A stretch of 10,931 bases of DNA. Source: Methanobacteriota archaeon (GTDB taxonomy: Archaea > Thermoplasmatota > Poseidoniia > Poseidoniales > Poseidoniaceae). The position numbers were made by a program, and so were the translations under genes. The stretch spans positions 1 through 10,931 of the forward strand of contig JABIGM010000036.1 in the NCBI GenBank assembly GCA_018650165.1. Direction: 5' to 3'. Positions 1 through 6,323 of this stretch are shown here, in pieces. The notes below the pieces were generated by a model, which saw nothing but the letters and a program-made list of their open reading frames with translations, was not told the origin of the DNA and ran no database searches. Every line of letters begins with the position of its first letter. Positions within the stretch are counted from its first letter, which is position 1.

Positions 1-1161
1 ACTTGCGCCGCCACCTGTTGAAACGTGCCCCATCTTGTCGATTAATCCACGCTGATTGACTAGAGTTGCAGTGTGACCTCCGCCCATTACGGCATACCCT
101 TCACTCTCCGCACATGCGTTTAGCATCTCGACAGTTCCTAAAGCGAAATCTGACATTTCAAATACACCTGCTGGTCCATTGAGAATGATTGTTCCGGCAC
201 TTTTTATCGCCTTTGAAAGAGCACGAATACTGGTAATTCCCAAATCGAAGATAGGTGCCTCAATCGGCAACTGTTCGAGCGAATAATCCGCTCTACTTCC
301 TTCTAGATTTAGCGCGACATCACTTGGCATGATTATACATTCAGGGAAGTCTACGAGGAGCTTGCTTGCTGTAGCGATTGTGCTGTCCCAATTATCTTTA
401 AGTTCGTTTTTTAGGAAGGTGATGTTTACTTCTCCAAGATCAATTCCCGAAAGATATAGGAATAGATTTGCAACTCCGCCAGTGACCCATATATGGTCAC
501 AAATATCGCCACGAAGCATGTTATCGGCTACAATCACAGAATCATCTACCTTGATTCCACCAAGAACTGCAATACAAGGGCGCTTTGGATTTTCCAAAGC
601 CTGACCGAGTTTTGATAATTCATGATTCATCAATTCTCCAGCAATACAAGGAAGAGCATTAGTGAATCCTACAATCGAAGGGGTGTTACGATGAGCACAA
701 GCGAATGCATCATTGACAAAAGCATCAGCGACGAGAGATAGATTTTGTACCATACGTGTTTCAGAAAGTGCAACAAAATCGCCTTTAGCGTTATTTTCTT
801 CTTCATCCATACGTACATTGTTCAGCATTAACAACTCGCCATTTTCAAGACTTTCAATTGCCGTAAGGGCCTTCTTACCATAGATGTCATCAACCCATTT
901 GACATTTCGACCAAGCAAGCGCCCTAACTCTCTTGAATGACCTATTGTGGATGTGAAATCCTTTTTACCAGGCCTAGATTGATGTGCCAATATTACAACT
1001 TTAGATTTAGAAAGTCGATTCAATGTCGGTATAATCAACCGAATTCTAGTATCATCTAGGAAGACATTTCTTTCAGGGTCCATAGGAGAATTGATGTCTA
1101 CGCGCACCAATACAGTGCGCCCGTCGAGGTCGACCTCATCGAGGTTGAGGACCTTTGCCAT
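1..1161 (-). CDS. pgk: Phosphoglycerate kinase (3' end runs off the left edge of the window)
   Basis: Hand translation from the ATG at 1161 gives MAKVLNLDEVDLDGRTVLVRVDINSP...LAHQSRPG...FVNDAFACAHR...NGPAGVFE...MGGGHTA...HVSTGGGAS. These are canonical PGK motifs in one frame (387 codons). It is missing from the ORF track because there is no stop codon inside the window. Confidence 0.98.
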   Translation of the reverse strand, partial: MAKVLNLDEVDLDGRTVLVRVDINSPMDPERNVFLDDTRIRLIIPTLNRLSKSKVVILAHQSRPGKKDFTSTIGHSRELGRLLGRNVKWVDDIYGKKALTAIESLENGELLMLNNVRMDEEENNAKGDFVALSETRMVQNLSLVADAFVNDAFACAHRNTPSIVGFTNALPCIAGELMNHELSKLGQALENPKRPCIAVLGGIKVDDSVIVADNMLRGDICDHIWVTGGVANLFLYLSGIDLGEVNITFLKNELKDNWDSTIATASKLLVDFPECIIMPSDVALNLEGSRADYSLEQLPIEAPIFDLGITSIRALSKAIKSAGTIILNGPAGVFEMSDFALGTVEMLNACAESEGYAVMGGGHTATLVNQRGLIDKMGHVSTGGGAS

Positions 1162-1259
1162 CAGTCAATCCGACTCGCTTACGGTTTTTGATACGACCGG
1201 TCCAAACGCGCGTCCTATACCTAACCAAAGCGCGAAATCTCATATACCCATATTGAACG

Positions 1260-2213
1260 ATGGTAAGCATGGCGCGCGAGAACCCATTGGAAGGTCCTCG
1301 TAAACGTGCAAAAACTACCACTTCTTCATTCGGTGTATCGAAACGTGAAGGTCACGATTCTTCGGTCTACTATGGCGCAAGAATGTATGATGACTTAGTT
1401 TCTCAAAGAGACGTGGGAGAAACAGTAGAATTCCCACCAGAATTAGAAAATCTTGTAATCAATGGAGATTCAAAGTCGATGCCAATTCCAGATAACTGTG
1501 TTCATCTTGTTGTAACATCTCCACCCTATAATGCATCTAAAGCATATGATGAAGATTTGTCTTTGGCAGAATATCTTAGTTTGTTGCACGAGGTTTTCGC
1601 TGAGTGCTACCGTGTTCTTGCTCCAGGTGGACGTATGGTAGTAAATGTGGCTAATTTGGGCCGCAAACCATACATTCCCTTATCCAGCCATATTAATCTG
1701 ATAATGCACGAAATTGGTTTCATGCATCGTGGCGAAGTGATATGGGATAAATCTGCAAGTGCAGGCTCATCTTGCGCATGGGGGTCATTCCAGTCTGCAT
1801 CAAATCCATGTTTACGAGATATACATGAGTATCTCTTGTTGTTCTCCAAGGGAGATTACAAACTTCCACGAACCAAAAACGAGAGGGCTGAAGGAAGGAT
1901 TGATACTATTGGTCGTGACGAATTCATCCAGCAAACCAAATCGATCTGGTCGTTCCCTACCGAGTCTGCAAAAAGAGTCAATCACCCAGCGCCGTTTCCG
2001 GTTGAATTACCAAAACGTTGCATCGAGATGTTTACTTTCACAGGTGACGTGGTATTAGATCCGTTCTTAGGATCGGGTACAACCGCAGTCGCAGCTAAAA
2101 TGAGTGGACGCAAATACATTGGTTGTGACTTGTCTGCAGAGTATTGCGCTATCGCTGAAGATAGACTAGCAATGACCGAAGCCTATGTGCCTGTAATTGC
2201 TCAAAGTGAGTAA
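1260..2213 (+). CDS. Site-specific DNA methyltransferase, beta class, N6_N4_Mtase family (probably m4C); start at 1260 or 1269
   Basis: Catalytic motif IV VTSPPY precedes SAM-binding motif I VLDPFLGSGTT (beta permutation), with HPAPFP before motif I. SPPY is typical of N4-cytosine methyltransferases, but the modified base cannot be proven from sequence. Confidence 0.93.
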   Translation: MVSMARENPLEGPRKRAKTTTSSFGVSKREGHDSSVYYGARMYDDLVSQRDVGETVEFPPELENLVINGDSKSMPIPDNCVHLVVTSPPYNASKAYDEDLSLAEYLSLLHEVFAECYRVLAPGGRMVVNVANLGRKPYIPLSSHINLIMHEIGFMHRGEVIWDKSASAGSSCAWGSFQSASNPCLRDIHEYLLLFSKGDYKLPRTKNERAEGRIDTIGRDEFIQQTKSIWSFPTESAKRVNHPAPFPVELPKRCIEMFTFTGDVVLDPFLGSGTTAVAAKMSGRKYIGCDLSAEYCAIAEDRLAMTEAYVPVIAQSE

Positions 2214-2837
2214 TTACATTCCGCCTTGAGGCGGTTGTTGATACTGAACTGGTTGCTCGTATTGAGGAGCAGCCATTTGAGTAGCCGCAGGAGCAGCGCC
2301 CATCATTGGTGCCATTTGTTGTTGAACAACAACAACTTCACCTCCGCCAGATTTCAGAGTTAGAGCAAATATTCCACCAAGAAGAAGGAATATTCCGCCG
2401 CAGCATAAGATTCCAAATGAACCAATCATTGCAAAGAATCCACCTACTGCTTCTTCGAGATATTCGCCTTCATCAGCGATTGCAATGTTTACATTCGATT
2501 CAATGGTGTAAGTATCTGAACTATCAGCATACCACCCACCGAGGTAATTTACTCCTAATTCTTCATCCTCGTCACAGTAGCTGATCCAGCCATCTGTAGT
2601 GACCACTTCATTGCCGGAGCTGTTGGTTATAGTGACCTCTGCCGAGTCACAACTCGCTTCAGTGTAAACACCGTACCAAACTTCAGCGTCTCCATTCAAA
2701 GAGCCATTCTTGCCTTCGTATAGGTTGTCTTCCATTGGGTCGAAACTCATTCCCATTCCGCCCACTACGAACATTATTATTCCAATTGCTGTAGTTATTC
2801 CACCTAAAATAAGCATTACTTTTGTTGCTGTATGCAT
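2214..2837 (-). CDS. Hypothetical membrane protein: N-terminal TM/signal anchor, acidic extracellular domain, second TM, Q/P/M-rich tail
   Basis: 207-aa ORF with hydrophobic segments VMLILGGITTAIGIIMFVVGG and FFAMIGSFGILCCGGIFLLLGGIFALTL, and tail QQQMAPMMGAAPAATQMAAPQYEQPVQYQQPPQGGM. A TATA-like box lies about 23 nt upstream. Confidence 0.85.
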   Translation of the reverse strand: MHTATKVMLILGGITTAIGIIMFVVGGMGMSFDPMEDNLYEGKNGSLNGDAEVWYGVYTEASCDSAEVTITNSSGNEVVTTDGWISYCDEDEELGVNYLGGWYADSSDTYTIESNVNIAIADEGEYLEEAVGGFFAMIGSFGILCCGGIFLLLGGIFALTLKSGGGEVVVVQQQMAPMMGAAPAATQMAAPQYEQPVQYQQPPQGGM

Positions 2838-2857
2838 GTTTATGCCGAACGAGTGTT

Positions 2858-2867
2858 AGTTTATACA
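2858..2867 (-). promoter_or_regulatory. Putative archaeal TATA box for the 2214..2837 gene (leaderless transcript)
   Basis: The minus strand reads TGTATAAACT, with TATAAA at 2860-2865, 23 nt from the ATG at 2837. This spacing fits a leaderless archaeal mRNA. Confidence 0.45.
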
Positions 2868-2919
2868 CATTCCTCCGTCAATGCGAGTCATTTTGAACTA
2901 TTGCCTGCAGGGTGGCCTG

Positions 2920-4137
2920 ATGATGGATGACCTACCCGCACTGGTTGGTCCTGAGGGCGAAGATTGGCGAGTGCCAGTCGGTGAACTTCAGACAAGGCAA
3001 TCGAGCCTTGCTTCAAGTTTGAGAGAATCAGGCCTCAAAGGTGCACTTATTCAAACACCAGTCGATTTGTACTACTACACAGGGGGGCGTCAAAACGGAA
3101 CTCTTCTGGTTACAGCAGAAGGGGATGCACGACTCTTTGTACGCCGCTCATTAGCAAGAGCGAAGTATGAATCAGGTGGCAGCGACTCCCCCCATACCGT
3201 GGAAACATTTCCTCGCATGGCCCAATTCACAGAAGAAATTGGTTGCACACCTGCAATGCAATTCGGGGAACTTCCACACGGCTTTGCATCAAATTTTGCT
3301 GAGAAAACGGGAGCAACAGAAGATTGTACCTCAATTGTCCATACTCAACGCGAAGTCAAAAGTGCTTGGGAATTGCAAATGATGGCAGAAGGCGCAGAAA
3401 TTCAATTAGCAATGTTCGAGGCAGTAGAAACCCTCGGTGGTGAAGGCGTATCTGAAATCGAATTAGTTGCGGCAGCAGAGGCAGTTAGTAGAGCCGCTGG
3501 ATTTGGTGGAAATGTGCAGATGAGACGTTTCCCATTACAATGCGATAGAGGGGTAATTGTTTCAGGTCGCGCAGGAGGGATACCATCATTTTTTGATTCT
3601 GCAATTGGAGGAACTGGGCCACATCCGATGGCTTCGATGGGTAGCGGTTTTTCTACAATCAAAGCGAATGAACCCGTACTCGTCGATTTGGTACATTTGC
3701 ATCGCGGATATGTTGTTGATGCAACGCGAATGTTTGTCGCAGGTTCACTTTCTTCACAATGGCAGGAGCGCTTAGAAGACATGGTGGCTGTGAAGGAGGT
3801 TGTAGTTGATATTCTAGATCAAGGCCTTGACTGTTCAGAAGCCTGGAGGCAAGGGCTTGCTTTGGCAGAAGAGTTTGGTCACGGTGATAATCTGATGGGA
3901 ATGGCGCCAGACCAATCCCGTTTCCTCGGCCATTCAGTTGGTCTTCAGTTAGATGAATCCCCTGTGGTCGCAGAAGGGTTTGACCGCCCGTTGCCAATAG
4001 GTGGAACAATGGCAATCGAGCCTAAGGTAGTTTATGCGGATGGTAGTATTGGCAGCGAAGATACCTGGGTTAGAGATGAAGAGGGGATGCGTCCAATCAC
4101 AATGGATGGGGCTGTTCCTTGGATTACAGAATGGTGA
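2920..4137 (+). CDS. M24 family Xaa-Pro peptidase (prolidase/aminopeptidase P-like) with creatinase-type N-terminal domain
   Basis: N-domain DLYYYTG. All five metal ligands are recognisable: VLVDL, VDATR, FLGHSVGL, MAIEP, GSEDT. The start at 2920/2923 (MMDD) is preferred to 2881 because GGTGG lies just upstream. Confidence 0.93.
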   Translation: MMDDLPALVGPEGEDWRVPVGELQTRQSSLASSLRESGLKGALIQTPVDLYYYTGGRQNGTLLVTAEGDARLFVRRSLARAKYESGGSDSPHTVETFPRMAQFTEEIGCTPAMQFGELPHGFASNFAEKTGATEDCTSIVHTQREVKSAWELQMMAEGAEIQLAMFEAVETLGGEGVSEIELVAAAEAVSRAAGFGGNVQMRRFPLQCDRGVIVSGRAGGIPSFFDSAIGGTGPHPMASMGSGFSTIKANEPVLVDLVHLHRGYVVDATRMFVAGSLSSQWQERLEDMVAVKEVVVDILDQGLDCSEAWRQGLALAEEFGHGDNLMGMAPDQSRFLGHSVGLQLDESPVVAEGFDRPLPIGGTMAIEPKVVYADGSIGSEDTWVRDEEGMRPITMDGAVPWITEW

Positions 4138-4141
4138 TATT

Positions 4142-4408
4142 ATGAGTAATGAAATAATTTTAGATGAAGATTTCACAGAGAAAATGACAGACTGGGATGA
4201 GTCTGATGTAGGAAAAAGAATCGCAAAGAGAGTTACTTCAAACGGCACATATTTCAATGAAATTATCGTTCAAGTGTTTTGCCAATATTGTGCCTCAGAA
4301 TTCATCGGTCCAGCAAGAGAAGCTGGTGGATTTTTGGGCGGTCATGAATGTTTCCATGCATGGGAAGTCTCACAAGCCATCGGCCGTGAGGACGGACTGG
4401 TGGAGTGA
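4142..4408 (+). CDS. Small acidic protein with a C2H2-like zinc finger (88 aa)
   Basis: The ATG at 4142 follows GGTGAT (4133-4138), which overlaps the peptidase stop. Motif C47-QY-C50-x3-F-x10-L-x2-H68-x3-H72. The ORF-track start at 4034 overlaps the peptidase and is unlikely. Confidence 0.8.
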   Translation: MSNEIILDEDFTEKMTDWDESDVGKRIAKRVTSNGTYFNEIIVQVFCQYCASEFIGPAREAGGFLGGHECFHAWEVSQAIGREDGLVE

Positions 4409-4409
4409 A

Positions 4410-5195
4410 ATGGCCAAACCGTATTCTTCAAGTCATATTGGGTTCGTATCCTCTGGTTTTACAGAAATGCGCCTCTCAGGTGCCGTAAAAGAACAACTTG
4501 TAGAGATGCTTGTTGCAGAAATCGACCGTATGGTTCCAGCGATGGAGTCTGCAACTCTTTCAGCAACTCCCGACAAGAAGACATTGGACGATACTAACCG
4601 CACTCGACTAAATTACAATCGTACTAGAGAATTGATGATTGAAAGATTATCGGATTTAGAGAGCGTAGGCTCAGAGGCAGTTCAAGCGGGAATTGAACAC
4701 CTAGAGACCTATCTAAAACGTACACTAAACAACGCCGAAATGGCTGCATCAAAAGACCGAGTTAACACGATTAAACCACGGCATATTCAAACGGCAACGA
4801 TTCCGGTAATCGATGAAACAAATAGTGAAATGGCACCTCCTAAAGAGGTAGAAGAAGACCTTCTAGAGGGGCAGGTTAGTGGCTCTGCTCTAACGCCAAT
4901 GGTCTTGAGAAAATTGGCTCGTTCTTTTGGGGGAATGCCGATTACAGATGCTGCAGTCGAGGAACTTCTCCTATTGTATTACGAAGTTGTAGATGAGACC
5001 GGACAAAACATCCGAGAGCACGCTCAATTAGGAAGTAATCCAGCTGGGTTTATTGATTCATTAGACAAAATGAAGGATTTGATGATGCTTGGATGGATTC
5101 GCAGAATGTTAGTTCGCGCCGGCAAAGATGCTGACGAACGTGGATACAAGAGAATCGATGTTGAACAACTGATTAATCTCGACCCATTTGAGTAA
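4410..5195 (+). CDS. Multi-histone-fold protein (apparent triplet, 261 aa)
   Basis: The ATG at 4410 follows GGAGTGA. Fold 2 (aa ~66-130, RLNYNRTRELM...SVGSEAVQAGIEHLETYLKRTLNNAEMAASKDRVNTIKPRHIQTA) has histone alpha1-L1-alpha2-L2-alpha3 spacing. Fold 1 (aa ~4-62, ...MRLSGAVKEQLVEMLVAEIDRMVPAMESATLSATPDKKTLDD) and fold 3 (aa ~160-258, LTPMVLRKLARSFGGMPITDAAVEE...AGKDADERGYKRIDVEQL) are more divergent. Recognised by eye, with no HMM run. Confidence 0.78.
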   Translation: MAKPYSSSHIGFVSSGFTEMRLSGAVKEQLVEMLVAEIDRMVPAMESATLSATPDKKTLDDTNRTRLNYNRTRELMIERLSDLESVGSEAVQAGIEHLETYLKRTLNNAEMAASKDRVNTIKPRHIQTATIPVIDETNSEMAPPKEVEEDLLEGQVSGSALTPMVLRKLARSFGGMPITDAAVEELLLLYYEVVDETGQNIREHAQLGSNPAGFIDSLDKMKDLMMLGWIRRMLVRAGKDADERGYKRIDVEQLINLDPFE

Positions 5196-5222
5196 TTCAT
5201 GTTAGATTGCACCACAACCAGT

Positions 5223-5543
5223 TCAAAGTAAAAATTCCAATTGTCCTGAGATTAGTAAAATGAGTATTACTACTTGCATTGTAACAATTACCCAACTAAT
5301 AACCACTGTTTTTTGAGCAAGTTCAGTGCCCGGATGTCCCGGATGTGCGAGAGTCATATTTCTCTCCTTAATGGCATAGTACAAACAAGGAACCGACATA
5401 ATGAGTAACATCAACCAAAAACTAGCGACTCCCAAAATTATAATCCACTTAGAACTGGTTTCCGGCCAAGATACCACTTCATTTACATCAGCGTCATCCA
5501 ATTGTAAATCAACTTCAATACTCTGTGGAGTCGATGTTTGCAT
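5223..5543 (-). CDS. Small membrane protein with two hydrophobic segments (CD225/dispanin-like or DUF4190-like topology)
   Basis: MQTSTPQSIEVDLQLDDADV...WIIILGVASFWLMLLIMSVPCLYYAIK...ELAQKTVVISWVIVTMQVVILILLIS. The start at 5543 is preferred to 5576 because an AT-rich TTAATATTTTT box lies about 25 nt upstream on the minus strand. Confidence 0.7.
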   Translation of the reverse strand: MQTSTPQSIEVDLQLDDADVNEVVSWPETSSKWIIILGVASFWLMLLIMSVPCLYYAIKERNMTLAHPGHPGTELAQKTVVISWVIVTMQVVILILLISGQLEFLL

Positions 5544-5591
5544 AGAATGAGGCCACGCGGAAAAAAATATTAACATTTCTCCAGATAGTGA

Positions 5592-5705
5592 TGTACAGAT
5601 TCCAAAAATACAGATTTAGATGGTGGCAGGGTTAATGATGGAGGCGAAATTGGTAACATGAGTGAACCTAATGACCAATCAGACGATGGTCAAATTAATG
5701 GATGA
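5592..5705 (+). pseudogene. Possible relic of a Ca-binding DxDGG/DxDGDG repeat-protein gene
   Basis: A stop-bounded frame with no usable start before the motif reads CTDSKNTDLDGGRVNDGGEIGNMSEPNDQSDDGQING*. This resembles the TDPxxxDTDGGGVxDGxEVxxGTDPNDPSDD repeat unit of secreted acidic proteins. Confidence 0.4.
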
Positions 5706-5782
5706 AATCATCTCAAGACGTTCGAATAATGTAGCCACACCTTCTTATTGGTGATGCTCTTCGGCCCAAATGAGGAATCAAC

Positions 5783-6310
5783 ATGGGTAACATGATTGGA
5801 AAGGCAGCTCCGGAATGGAGTGCAGCGGTATACGATAATGGCGAAAAGACAGTTATGTCAAGTGAAAGTCTGGCTGGAAAGTGGTACCTAATTTATTGGT
5901 ATCCTTTCGATTTCACATTCATCTGCCCAACAGAAATTGTAGGTTTTGAAGAACTAAAGGAAGACTTTGAAGACGACGGAATCACCGTAATTGGATGTTC
6001 TACAGATTCATATTTCAGCCACAAGGCTTGGTTCGCAGACTCTGCAACATTCCCTGCCGGAGTTACTCATCCAGTTATCGGTGACACTACACACAGAGTT
6101 ACCAATGATTTCAACATGATGAACGCAGCTCTTGGCTGTGGATTCCGCGGTACTGTTCTTGTAGACCCAGAAGGGGTTGTCAGAATGTATTCAATCAACG
6201 GAATGGATGCAGGAAGATCACCTGCTGAAGTTCTACGTACCTGCCAGGCTGAACAAGTCGGTGGACTATGTGGTGCTAACTGGAAGAAAGGCGACGATTT
6301 CGCTGCTTGA
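5783..6310 (+). CDS. ahpC: 2-Cys peroxiredoxin (AhpC/Prx1 subfamily)
   Basis: Peroxidatic motif YPFDFTFICPTEI (PxxxTxxC), GCSTDS, catalytic Arg in FRGTVLVDPEG, resolving Cys in LCGANW. RBS TGAGGA at 5771-5776. Confidence 0.95.
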   Translation: MGNMIGKAAPEWSAAVYDNGEKTVMSSESLAGKWYLIYWYPFDFTFICPTEIVGFEELKEDFEDDGITVIGCSTDSYFSHKAWFADSATFPAGVTHPVIGDTTHRVTNDFNMMNAALGCGFRGTVLVDPEGVVRMYSINGMDAGRSPAEVLRTCQAEQVGGLCGANWKKGDDFAA

Positions 6311-6323
6311 TTAGGTGATTCAA

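Noticed and set aside
329-1321. ORF-track entries 329..604 (+), 1091..1303 (+) and 1136..1321 (-)
   Set aside because: Shadow frames on pgk and the promoter region with no motifs; pgk explains the coding signal.
1607-2058. ORFs 1607..1849 (-) and 1759..2058 (+)
   Set aside because: They lie wholly inside the methyltransferase gene in other frames and have no recognisable features.
1260-2837. Restriction-modification or other defence system formed by the methyltransferase and its neighbour
   Set aside because: The neighbour is a convergent 2-TM membrane protein with no nuclease motif, and no defence-island signature is present.
2306-2868. ORFs 2306..2584 (+) and 2683..2868 (-)
   Set aside because: Antisense or alternative frames of the 2214..2837 membrane-protein gene.
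3167-4257. Several short ORFs overlapping the M24 peptidase
   Set aside because: Shadow ORFs of a well-supported gene.
4257-4409. N-terminal 51 aa of the ORF-track 312-aa protein
   Set aside because: It overlaps the zinc-finger gene in another frame. The ATG at 4410 has a ribosome-binding site and couples to the upstream stop.
5024-5215. ORF 5024..5215 (-)
   Set aside because: Antisense to the histone-fold gene with no motif.
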